The notes under the pieces were generated by a model. The model had not been told where the DNA came from and ran no database searches. It was given only the letters and a program-made list of their open reading frames with translations. Positions 40,299 through 49,494 of a DNA stretch of 64,000 nucleotides are shown here, piece by piece. This DNA is from Candidatus Dormiibacterota bacterium (lineage in GTDB: Bacteria > Chloroflexota > Dormibacteria > Aeolococcales > Aeolococcaceae): contig CAVQLW010000001.1 of assembly GCA_963713485.1 (NCBI GenBank), positions 15,834 through 79,833 of the forward strand. Reading direction: 5' to 3'. A program made the position numbers and the translations under genes. Position 1 is the first letter of the stretch. Every line of letters starts with the position of its first letter.

Positions 40299-40649
40299 AT
40301 GCGGCGCATGAACGCGTCGACCAGGGTGCGCATCCTCGAGGAGGCCGCGGCGGAGTTGCTGGAATCGGAGTTGAACTCGTCGCTGATCATCGGCGTGCGC
40401 GACCGCGACTGTGATCCGCTCGTCCTCACCGCGCTCGGTTGCAGCGTGCGGATGGCGCTCGGAGCTCGCGCCTCGGTGCTGCTGACGATGACGTCGCTGG
40501 GGAGCGTCGAAAGCTGCGGGCCGAGAGCCCTCGCCCTCGGTTGCGAGCGGACCCTGCGGACCGTGCACCACCTCTCCGAGCGCTTCGCCCCCACGCTCTG
40601 GTTCGAGCACCCGCGGAACCGCGCGGGCTTCATCCGCCGCTTCGTCTGA
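40299..40649 (+). CDS. Hypothetical protein (116 aa)
   Basis: In-frame tail of the spurious 38091-40649 ORF. From ATG 40299 the codons have strong G/C third positions, unlike the antisense alternatives. MRRMNASTRVRILEEAAAELLESELNSSLIIGVRDRDCDPLVLTALGCS.... No recognisable motif. Confidence 0.4.
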   Translation: MRRMNASTRVRILEEAAAELLESELNSSLIIGVRDRDCDPLVLTALGCSVRMALGARASVLLTMTSLGSVESCGPRALALGCERTLRTVHHLSERFAPTLWFEHPRNRAGFIRRFV

Positions 40650-40709
40650 CACGCCACTCGACGGCTATTCCACGGGGTCTGATCGCGGCTCCCGTACACT
40701 CGGACGCCA

Positions 40710-41981
40710 ATGCCCGAGATCGCTGCCCCGCGGGGAACGCGGGACATCCTCCCCGATGAGTTCGCCGCCCGGCGCTGGCTGCTCGATACCCACCGGTCCA
40801 TCGCGGAGTCGTTCGGCTATCGGTCGATCGAGACCCCGGTGTTCGAGGCGACCGAGCTCTTCAGCCGTGGCGTGGGCACCGAGACCGACATCGTCGAGAA
40901 GCAGATGTTCACGTTCGACGATCGCGGCGGCCGCTCGCTGACGCTCCGCCCCGAGGGGACGGCGGGTGCGCTTCGCGCGGTGCTGGGCGCGCACCTGGAT
41001 CAGGCCGTGCGGCCGGTCCGCGTCCAGTACGAGGGTCCGTTCTTTCGCGCCGAGCGGCCGCAGGCCGGCCGCCAGCATCAGTTCACCCAGGTGGGCATCG
41101 AGTGCATCGGCGAGCGCTCCGCCGCGCTCGACGCGGAGATCATCGAGGTGGCGTGGCGCTTCTTCGAGGCGCTCGGGATCACCGGCATCCGGCTGCAGGT
41201 CAACTCGCTCGGGAACACGGAGGATCGGGCTCGCTACCGAACGGCGTTGGTCGGGTATTACACGCCGCTCGAGGCGACGCTGTGCGACGACTGCCGGCGC
41301 CGGCTGCACACCAACCCGCTCCGCCTCCTCGACTGCAAACGGGACGCCGCGCTCGTCGAGCGCGCGCCGGTGCTGTGGGACTCGCTTGACGAGGCGAGCC
41401 GGGCGCACTTCACCGCAGTCCTGCGCGACCTCGAGTCCGCGGGCATCGACGCGATTCGCAACGACCGGGTCGTCCGGGGCCTCGACTACTACAGCGACAC
41501 TGTGTTCGAGCTCTGGCACGACACGCTCCAGGGGGCGCAGAGCTCGCTCGGCGGGGGAGGGCGGTACGACGGTCTCGCTGAGTTGATCGGCTTTCCGGCG
41601 GCCCCTGCGACGGGCTACGCGCTCGGTGTCGAACGGATCCTCATGGTCGCCCGCGCGCTGGACACCGTCCCCGCCCTCGAGCCGGCGGTCGGCGCGCTCG
41701 TCTGTTCCGTCGAGCCTGCGCAGGCGGAGGAGGCTGCCCGCGTCGCGCGCGCCCTGCGCGGCAACGGGATCCACACGGTGCTCGACGTCGCCGAGCGGCG
41801 GCTCGACCGAAAGCTCCGCACGGCAGGCCGCCTCGGTGCCCGAGTTGCGGTCATCATCGGCGAGAACGAGGAGGCTGCGGCGAGCGCCGTGGTGCGCGAC
41901 CTCGAGGGGCGCAGCCAGCAGACCGTGCCGTCGGCGGTATTGGCGGACACGGTGCTCCGCCTCATGGGAGGTGGCGAATGA
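40710..41981 (+). CDS. hisS: Histidine--tRNA ligase
   Basis: PRGTRDILP, LTLRPEGTA, FFRAERPQAGRQHQFTQ, LGGGGRYDGL. Confidence 0.95.
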   Translation: MPEIAAPRGTRDILPDEFAARRWLLDTHRSIAESFGYRSIETPVFEATELFSRGVGTETDIVEKQMFTFDDRGGRSLTLRPEGTAGALRAVLGAHLDQAVRPVRVQYEGPFFRAERPQAGRQHQFTQVGIECIGERSAALDAEIIEVAWRFFEALGITGIRLQVNSLGNTEDRARYRTALVGYYTPLEATLCDDCRRRLHTNPLRLLDCKRDAALVERAPVLWDSLDEASRAHFTAVLRDLESAGIDAIRNDRVVRGLDYYSDTVFELWHDTLQGAQSSLGGGGRYDGLAELIGFPAAPATGYALGVERILMVARALDTVPALEPAVGALVCSVEPAQAEEAARVARALRGNGIHTVLDVAERRLDRKLRTAGRLGARVAVIIGENEEAAASAVVRDLEGRSQQTVPSAVLADTVLRLMGGGE

Positions 41982-43762
41982 GCACGGCGCGCACCTACTG
42001 CGGCACGCCGCGAGCGGCCGCCGCGGGGACGAACGCCACCGCGTTCGGATGGGTCGACCGCCGCCGTGACCACGGCGGGCTGATCTTCCTCGACCTTCGC
42101 GACCACACCGGCATCCTGCAGGTGGTGATCGACCCCAACGAAGCGCCCGAGGCGCACCGTGCGGCGCACGAAGCCCGCCTCGAGTGGGTGCTCCGCGTCG
42201 AGGGCGAGATCCGGCTGCGCGCGCCCGAGAACGTCAATCCCAAGCGCGAGACCGGCGAGGTGGAGCTGCGCGCGAGCAGGTGCACCGTGCTCGCCATCGC
42301 GAAGACGCCGCCGTTCCCCGTCAACGAGGACACCGAGGTCGAGGAGCAGCTGCGCCTCCGGCACCGGTACCTCGACCTCCGCCGCACACGCCTGCAGCGC
42401 AACCTCCGTGTCCGCGCTCGCTTCTGCACCGAGCTGCGCCGGGCGATGAGCGAGATCGGCTTTCTCGAGATCGAGACACCGCAGCTCATCCGTGCGACCC
42501 CCGAAGGTGCCCGTGACTATCTCGTCCCGAGCCGCCTGTTCCTCGGCAGCTTCTACGCGTTGCCGCAGTCACCGCAGCTCTACAAGCAGCTGTGCATGGT
42601 CGCGGGCTTCGATCGGTATTTCCAGCTGGCGCACTGCATGCGCGACGAGGACCTGCGCGCGGACCGCCAGCCGGAGTTCACGCAGCTCGACATCGAGATG
42701 TCGTTCGTCGACGAGGACGATGTCTTCGCCGCGCTCGAGCACGCGATCCCGAGCGCGTGGGAGGCGTGCGAATTCCGCGGCGGGCGCTTGACGGTGCCGT
42801 TCCCGCGCATCACGTGGCGCGAGGCGATGGATCGCTACGGCGTCGACAAGCCGGACACGCGTTTCGAGCTGCTGCTCAACGATCTCACCGACGCGGTGCG
42901 CGGCTCGGGCTTTCGCGTGTTCGCGGAAGCGGTGGCCGGCGGAGCGATCGTCAAGGGCATCTGCGTCAAGGGTGGTGACGACCTCACCCGGAGCGACATC
43001 GAGGGCCACCTCACCGAGATCGCGCGGGCCGCGAAGGCCAAGGGCCTCGCGTACATCTGGAAGCGCGCCGACGGATGGCAGGGTGGGATCGCGAAGTTCT
43101 TCAGTCAGGCCGAGCTCGACGCCATCGGCGCCGCGACAGGCGCGGAGGTGGGTGACTGCGTGCTCATGGTCGCCGACCGGCCCGCGGTGGTCAGCGCGGC
43201 ACTCGGAGCGCTCCGCAACCACCTCGGCAGAGTGCGGGGCCTCTACGACGAGGATCGCATCGACATGCTGTGGGTCACCGAGTTCCCGATGTTCGAGCGC
43301 AGCGAGGAGACCGGCGAGATCGGCGCCGCCCACCATCCCTTCACGATGGTGCACGTCGACGATCTCGAGTTGCTCGAGTCGGATCCCCTCAGGGTGCGCT
43401 CGCGCGCCTACGACCTCGTCGTGAACGGCCGTGAGATCGGGAGCGGGAGCATCCGGATCACCGACCCGGCGATCCAGCAGCGCGTGCTTGCCGCCCTCGG
43501 CATCGATGCCGCCGAGGCCCGTCGGAAGTTCGGCTTCCTGCTCGAGGCGTTCGAGTACGGCGTCCCACCCCACGGCGGCTGGGCCGGGGGGATCGACCGC
43601 ATGGTCATGGAAGGGCTCGGCACCGAGAACATCCGCGACGTGATCGCGTTCCCCAAGAATCAGCAAGCCCAGGAGCCGATGACGGAATCGCCGGCTCCGG
43701 TCGACCCGGCGCAGCTCCGTGAGCTTGGCCTTGGGATCCTCCCGACCCAGCGCACGCCGTGA
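41978..43762 (+). CDS. aspS: Aspartate--tRNA ligase (bacterial type)
   Basis: GWVDRRRDHGGLIFLDLRD, ALPQSPQLYKQL, CMRDEDLRADRQPEFTQLD, PPHGGWAGGIDR. ATGA overlap with hisS. Confidence 0.95.
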   Translation: MSTARTYCGTPRAAAAGTNATAFGWVDRRRDHGGLIFLDLRDHTGILQVVIDPNEAPEAHRAAHEARLEWVLRVEGEIRLRAPENVNPKRETGEVELRASRCTVLAIAKTPPFPVNEDTEVEEQLRLRHRYLDLRRTRLQRNLRVRARFCTELRRAMSEIGFLEIETPQLIRATPEGARDYLVPSRLFLGSFYALPQSPQLYKQLCMVAGFDRYFQLAHCMRDEDLRADRQPEFTQLDIEMSFVDEDDVFAALEHAIPSAWEACEFRGGRLTVPFPRITWREAMDRYGVDKPDTRFELLLNDLTDAVRGSGFRVFAEAVAGGAIVKGICVKGGDDLTRSDIEGHLTEIARAAKAKGLAYIWKRADGWQGGIAKFFSQAELDAIGAATGAEVGDCVLMVADRPAVVSAALGALRNHLGRVRGLYDEDRIDMLWVTEFPMFERSEETGEIGAAHHPFTMVHVDDLELLESDPLRVRSRAYDLVVNGREIGSGSIRITDPAIQQRVLAALGIDAAEARRKFGFLLEAFEYGVPPHGGWAGGIDRMVMEGLGTENIRDVIAFPKNQQAQEPMTESPAPVDPAQLRELGLGILPTQRTP

Positions 43763-44028
43763 GCCTGAGCCCCGGGCTCGTCCTCGCGGTCCTCTTCGTC
43801 CTCATCGGCGCCCAGGCGTCGCGGCTGGCGATGCCGCGGCGTGGCTCCTACCTGCTGGCGCTCGTCCTCGCGGCCTCGGGGTTGGTCGCGGGAGAGCTCG
43901 TCGCCATCGCGACCCGGATCGGTGGACCCCAGCTCGGCGCCCTTCACCCGGTCGCCGACGCCGTCGGCGTGGCATTGTTCGAGGTCACCGGTGCGGTCCT
44001 CGCGCCGGCTCGACGTCGCGGACCATAA
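43759..44028 (+). CDS. Small hypothetical membrane protein (89 aa)
   Basis: GTGA overlap with the aspS stop. Two to three hydrophobic segments (GLVLAVLFVLIGA; YLLALVLAASGLVAGELVAIA). Confidence 0.5.
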   Translation: MSLSPGLVLAVLFVLIGAQASRLAMPRRGSYLLALVLAASGLVAGELVAIATRIGGPQLGALHPVADAVGVALFEVTGAVLAPARRRGP

Positions 44029-44061
44029 TCAAGACGATCGGCAACTCGGGAGGCTCGTGAT

Positions 44062-44277
44062 ATGCGTGTACCGTTCGGCAAGAAAGGACTGGTGGCCGCC
44101 GGGGCGGCCGTCACCGGCGCGGTGTTCTTCTGGCGCGTGCGCGCGCGCCGTCGCGAGGAAGCCGAGGCTCGCGAGTGGGAGGCGGAGATCGCAGGAGCGG
44201 TCGACGAGGGCCGTGCGGCGGCCACCCCGGGGGTGCCCGCATCGCCTGCACCGTCCTCCGAGCCGTCGGGCGCCTGA
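44062..44277 (+). CDS. Small hypothetical membrane-anchored protein (71 aa)
   Basis: GGGAGG RBS 8 nt upstream. One TM (GLVAAGAAVTGAVFFW), then a charged helix RARRREEAEAREWEAE. Confidence 0.45.
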   Translation: MRVPFGKKGLVAAGAAVTGAVFFWRVRARRREEAEAREWEAEIAGAVDEGRAAATPGVPASPAPSSEPSGA

Positions 44278-44310
44278 CCGCCGCGCAGCCTCGGTTTCGG
44301 CGCTCTCGCT

Positions 44311-44766
44311 ATGGGGTATGAGACGAGCGCGATGGGTACCGTCTCGGAGCTCCGGCTTCCCGCCGACCGCGAGCACATCCTGGTCGCGAAACGAGCAGCG
44401 GCCGCGATCGGCACGCTCGCCGGCTTCGACATGGACGCGATCGACGACCTGACGATCGCCGTCGCGCAGGCGTGCGAGAACGCCATCCGATGCCTCGAGA
44501 ACTCCGGCACGCTGACCGGTCAGGTCCGCATCGTCTTCAAGCAGAGCGACCTGGGCCTCCAGGTCAACGTCCGGAGCACCGTGAACCGCGATGCCGAGCT
44601 CAGGGCGCGCGCGGAGCATGCGGGGATGCACCACGGAGGTGAGCTCGTGGCGGCGAGCGACCTCGCGCTCAGGCTCATGGGACTCTTTGTCGACAACAGC
44701 ACCTATCGCGTCGACGAGCGAACCGGGGGTCTGCGCGTCCGGCTGACCAAATACCGAGCCTCGTGA
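44311..44766 (+). CDS. RsbW/SpoIIAB-like anti-sigma factor (GHKL fold) with degenerate ATP-binding motifs
   Basis: DMDAIDDLTIAVAQACENAIRC aligns to the RsbW N-box region EIEDLKIAVSEACTNAVQH. Directly precedes and overlaps (GTGA) a SigB-type sigma gene. Confidence 0.7.
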   Translation: MGYETSAMGTVSELRLPADREHILVAKRAAAAIGTLAGFDMDAIDDLTIAVAQACENAIRCLENSGTLTGQVRIVFKQSDLGLQVNVRSTVNRDAELRARAEHAGMHHGGELVAASDLALRLMGLFVDNSTYRVDERTGGLRVRLTKYRAS

Positions 44767-45581
44767 GCCCATCGCCGCGGCGCGGCGACGGCGTGGCGAC
44801 CCGCGAGCGGACCATTGCGAAGCCCGCGGAGACAGCGGAGCGGACGGAGATGCGGAGGCTGCTCCGTGAGTTCCACCGCACCCGCGACCCGAAGATCCGT
44901 GAACGCCTCGTCGAGCTCAACAGCGATCTCGTCCACTACATCGCCCGGCGCTTCGCGAATCGAGGTGAACCGCTCGAGGACATCGAGCAGGTCGGATTCC
45001 TCGGTCTCATCCAGGCGATCGAACGCTTCGATCCGACCCTCGAGAACGAGTTCAGCACCTTCGCGACACCCACGATCGCCGGCGAGATCCGCCGCCATTT
45101 CCGGGATCGGTCATGGGCCGTCCGGGTACCGCGCCGTCTGCAGGAGAACCTCGCCAAGGTGAACGCAGCGACCCAGCAGCTCCAGAACGAGCTCGGCCGG
45201 TCGCCGTCGGTGGCCGAGATCGGCGAGCGCGTCGGACTCGAGCCCGACCAGGTGCTCGCCGCGATGGAGGTGGCGCCCGCGCAGCACACCGTCTCCCTGG
45301 ACGGACCGGTGGGCGGCGGGGAGGAGCCGCTGACCCTCGGCGACCGGCTCGGGCTTGCCGACGACAACCTCGACCGCGTCGAGGTACAGGACGTGCTCGA
45401 ACAGGTCATGGCTCACCTCACACCACGCGAGCGCAAGATCCTCGCGCTGCGGTTCGTCGAGCAACTGCCGCAGACCGAGGTTGCGAAACAACTCGGCATC
45501 TCACAGATGCACGTCTCGCGATTGCAGCGCGCCGCGGTGGAACATCTGCGCAAGGAGTTCGGCGCCGAAGCTCCCGTGTAG
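44763..45581 (+). CDS. RNA polymerase sigma factor, SigB/SigF/SigG (group 3) family
   Basis: Region 2 DIEQVGFLGLIQAIERFDP..FSTFATPTIAGEIRRHFRD. Region 3 SPSVAEIGERVG. Region 4.2 LPQTEVAKQLGISQMHVSRLQRAA. Start could be later (ATG ~44850). Confidence 0.9.
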   Translation: MSPSPRRGDGVATRERTIAKPAETAERTEMRRLLREFHRTRDPKIRERLVELNSDLVHYIARRFANRGEPLEDIEQVGFLGLIQAIERFDPTLENEFSTFATPTIAGEIRRHFRDRSWAVRVPRRLQENLAKVNAATQQLQNELGRSPSVAEIGERVGLEPDQVLAAMEVAPAQHTVSLDGPVGGGEEPLTLGDRLGLADDNLDRVEVQDVLEQVMAHLTPRERKILALRFVEQLPQTEVAKQLGISQMHVSRLQRAAVEHLRKEFGAEAPV

Positions 45582-45614
45582 ACTTCGACATCTTGCTTTC
45601 GAATACTTTTCCAC

Positions 45615-48223
45615 GTGCGCAGCTCTGAGATCCGGGAGCGATTTCTTCGCTTCTTCGAGGAGCGAGGGCACCATCGGCTGGCCAGCTTCTCGCTCATTCC
45701 CCACGACGATCCGTCGCTTCTCTTCACCGTGGCCGGAATGGTGCCGCTCAAGCCGTGGATCACCGGGCAGCGAACACCACCGTCGCCGAACCTCACCTCA
45801 TGTCAGAAGTGTTTTCGCGGCTCGGGCCTGAAGTACGACGACACCGCGTCGGTCGGTGACGCATACCACCACACCTTCTTCGAGATGCTCGGGAACTGGT
45901 CGATCGGCGACTATTTCAAGGAGCAGGCGATCACGTATGCGTGGGAGCTGAGCACCGAGGGCTTCGGTCTCGACCCGTCGCGAATCTGGCCCAGCATCTA
46001 CCCGGACGACGACGTCTCGGAGCGCATCTGGGCGGACCGCATCGGCGTGCCGCGAGAACGCATCGTCAAGCTCACCGACAACTGGTGGGCTGCGGGCCCG
46101 ACCGGGCCGTGCGGATATGACAGCGAGCTGTACTGGGATTTCGGGCTGCCCTGCTCATGCGGACGCTCCGACTGCACGCCGCAGGACGAGTGCGGCGGCG
46201 ACCGCTGGTGTGAGTACTGGAATCTGGTGTTCATGGAGTTCGACCAGCAGCCGGACGGTTCGCGACCGCTGCTGCCGAACCCGACGGTGGACACGGGCAT
46301 GGGACTCGAGCGACTGACATCGGTCATCCAGGGCGTTCGCAACGACTACGAGAACGATCTCTTCGTCCCGCTCGTCGACGGTTTTCGCGACCGTGCCGCC
46401 GCCGACACGTCGGACCCGGAGCGGCGCCGATCGCTCTACGTGCTCGCCGACCATCTCCGCGGTGCATCCTTCCTGGTGGCGGACGGGGTCCTGCCCTCCA
46501 ACGAAGGGCGCGGTTACGTCCTGCGCCGGCTGATACGCAGAGCGGCGATCCACGGGCGCCGGGTCGGGCTCTCGGGTGGGCTCGCGGCGGGGGTGGACGT
46601 GCTGGCGTCGATGATGAGCCCCGTGTACCCGGAGCTCGCCGAGCACCGGAGGACCGTCGAGGAGACGCTGCGCGCCGAGGAGGCGATGTTCGCCAACACG
46701 CTGACCGCGGCCGTCGGGCGCCTCGAGAGCCTCCTCGAATCGGGCACGAATCAGGTCAGTGGCACTGACGCGTTCCGTCTCTACGATACCTTCGGGCTTC
46801 CCGTGGAGTTAACGGTCGAGATGGCAGCCGAGCACGGAGCGACGGTAGACCTCACAGGCTTCGAGTTCGGCCATGCGAGAGCAACGCGAGCGTGGTCAGG
46901 CGTCAGCGCGCCGTGGCGGGTTCGTGGCCGCCGAGGCGCTGCCGCCCACCCGGTTCATCGGGTACGACGTCCTCGAGACGGAGGCCACCGTGGCCCGCAT
47001 CGGGGTCGAGTCAGAGCGTGCGGCGCTCCAGACCGGCGAGAGCGGATCCGTGCTGCTGGACGTCTCGCCGTTCTATGCCGAGGCCGGGGGCCAGGTGGGC
47101 GACACCGGCACCCTGGAGTGGGCGGGCGGGCGCGCCCTCGTCCGCGACACCCAGGCCATCGCCGGCAGCGACGCCCGCGCCCATGACGTGCTGGTCGAAT
47201 CGGGCGAGCTGCGCAGCGGGCAGCGCGTCCGGGCTCGGGTCGATGGACCGCGCAGGGCGCGGATCGCCCGGCACCACAGCGCCACGCACCTGCTCAACCG
47301 CGCCCTCCGCGAGGTGCTCGGCGATGCGATCCTCCAGCGGGGGTCGTTCGTCGGACCGGACCACACGACCTTCGACTTCTCGTTTCCCCGGGCGCTGACC
47401 GCGGCTGAGATCACCGAGATCGAGCACCGCGTCAATGACGGCATCCGGCGCAACCTCGAGCGCAGCGTGGCCCTCATGCCCCTCGCCGACGCACGAGCGA
47501 GTGGCGCGATCGCGCTGCTCGACGAGCAGTACGCGCCGGACGTCCGGGTGGTCGACTTCGGCGGCTGGTCGCGCGAGCTGTGCGGCGGCACCCACGTCGC
47601 TCGTAGCGGCGACCTCGGCGCGGCGATCATCGTCTCCGAGAGCAGCATCGGCCAGGGCATCCGCCGGATCGAGATGGTGTCCGGCGAGAGCGCCGAGGAG
47701 CGCTGGCAGCACTCCGGCGCCGCGCTGCAGGCGACCGCACGTGCGCTGAAGGCGCGCCCGGACGAGGTGCCGGAGCGGGTGCAGGCGCTCCAGGAGCAGG
47801 TCAAGCATGCTGCATCGCGATGTCGCCCGGGCCCGTCAGGCGGGACCGTCGAGCATCCCGACCGACGCCGCGATCGTGGAGAACGCCGGCGGCGTGCCGT
47901 TCGCCCACCTCGTCCTCGACGGGGACGTCGACGCCGACGGGGTCGCCCAGGCCGGCGACCGCCTCCTGGCAGAGCGTCTCCAGGGCAACGGCGTCGTGGC
48001 GGTGCTCGGACCTGCGACCCTGGTGATCAAGGTGGGTGGGACGGCACTGGAAGCCGGCGTCGATGCCGGCATCCTCATCAAAGGAGCAGCGGAGATCACC
48101 GGTGGCAAAGGTGGTGGGAGGCCCGACCTCGGACGGGGCAAGGTCGGCGATCCCGCCAAGCGCGACGCGGCGGTATCGCTGCTGCGCGCTGCGATCTCGG
48201 AAGCGACGGGGCACGCGGCCTGA
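45615..48223 (+). CDS. alaS: Alanine--tRNA ligase; two +1 frame breaks
   Basis: RERFLRFFEERGH, LLFTVAGMVPLKPW, HHTFFEMLGNWS, WAAGPTGPCG, EYWNLVFMEF. After break 1 (TT 46866-46867): AMREQRERGQ...HSATHLLNRALR...CGGTHV. After break 2 (~47806): LHRDVARARQ...GGKGGGRPDLGRG...*. Confidence 0.93.
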
Positions 48224-49488
48224 TGTCGAAGCGTAAGTTCGCGCTCCTCAAGCGGCGCGAGGAGTTCCAGAGCCACTACACCGTCCTCGACATCGGGACC
48301 GAGTTCGTCAAGGCGCTGATCGTCAAGCGCGAGAACGACAAGGGGATCGTCCTGGGGGTCGGGAAGGTCCGTCAGGCGCAGACCCACATGCAGGCGGGCG
48401 CCGTGGCCGACCTCCAGGCCGTGATCGACAACTGCGATCGCGCGCTCACCGAGGCCGAGGACATGTGCGAGACCATCCCCGGACAGGCCGTCATCGGCAT
48501 CGCCGGGGAGCAGGTCCGGGGCTTCAGCACCACCATGACGATGCCGCGGCCGCAGCCGCAGGCGCGCATCACCCAGGCGGACCTGGCCACGGCCCTCCAG
48601 GCGGTGCAGCGCCGTGCGCTGCGCGAGGCCGTTCGGCAGATGTCAACCGATCTCGGCGTCCAGGAGGTCAACGTCAAGCTCGTCCACAGCACGATCACGT
48701 CGGTGCGGATCGACGGGTACGCCGTGAGCAACCCCGTCGACTTCCAGGGCCACGTCGTGGAGATCACCGTGTTCAACACGTTCGCTCCGCTCACGCACAT
48801 CGGCGCGCTCCAGGCGATCGCCCAGGAGCTCGACCTCGAGCTCGTCGCGACCGTCGCGGAGCCCTTCGCGCTCGCGAGGGGGTGCTCGTCGGCCGAGTCG
48901 AACGAGCTCGGCGCGATCTTCGTCGACGTGGGCGGCGGGACGACCGACATCGCCGTGGTGCGGCGCGGCGGCATCGAGGCGACCCGGATGTTCGCGCTCG
49001 GCGGGCGGTCGTTCACCAAGCGCCTCGCGACCGACCTGTCGATGGATCTCGACGAGGCTGAGCGCTTCAAGGTCGCGCATTCCGAGGGGCACCTCGCCGC
49101 CGAGCAGAGCGCGATGGCGCGGCGCGCCCTGACGCCGACTGCCGAGGTGCTCGCCCAGGGCGTCGCGCTCACCCTCGAGGAGCTTGCGGGACCGGACCCG
49201 TTGCCCGGTTCGATCTGCCTGGCCGGTGGGGGCGCCGCTCTCCCGGAGGTCGCGGAGCAGTTGCGCGTCCTCGACTGGTCGGACACCGTTCCCTTCACAC
49301 GTCCCCCGACCGTGAAGGTGCTGGGACCCGGTGACGTGCCCGGCGTGTATGACACGACCGGGCTGCTCGTCGGCAGCCAGGATGTCACCCCGATGGGGCT
49401 TGCGCGACACGCCGTGACGCTGGAAGATGACGCGAACGAGCCCCTCGGCGGGCTCATGCGCCGCGTTTTGAAGACGATGAAGGTATAG
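48223..49488 (+). CDS. FtsA-like actin-fold (ASKHA) ATPase with C-terminal amphipathic tail
   Basis: 421 aa. Phosphate-1 YTVLDIGTEFVKALIV, phosphate-2 AIFVDVGGGTTDIAVV, adenosine ICLAGGGAALPEV. C-terminal LGGLMRRVLKTMKV*. The ATG shares one base with the alaS stop (TGATG). Confidence 0.8.
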   Translation: MSKRKFALLKRREEFQSHYTVLDIGTEFVKALIVKRENDKGIVLGVGKVRQAQTHMQAGAVADLQAVIDNCDRALTEAEDMCETIPGQAVIGIAGEQVRGFSTTMTMPRPQPQARITQADLATALQAVQRRALREAVRQMSTDLGVQEVNVKLVHSTITSVRIDGYAVSNPVDFQGHVVEITVFNTFAPLTHIGALQAIAQELDLELVATVAEPFALARGCSSAESNELGAIFVDVGGGTTDIAVVRRGGIEATRMFALGGRSFTKRLATDLSMDLDEAERFKVAHSEGHLAAEQSAMARRALTPTAEVLAQGVALTLEELAGPDPLPGSICLAGGGAALPEVAEQLRVLDWSDTVPFTRPPTVKVLGPGDVPGVYDTTGLLVGSQDVTPMGLARHAVTLEDDANEPLGGLMRRVLKTMKV

Positions 49489-49494
49489 GCGCCG

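Noticed and set aside
37987-40649. 749-aa minus ORF (37987-40236) and 852-aa plus ORF (38091-40649) overlapping rel
   Set aside because: Only the 38128-40260 frame carries HD, synthetase, TGS and ACT motifs. The others are GC-frame artefacts. Only the last 116 codons of the 852-aa ORF, downstream of rel, were kept as a weak hypothetical.
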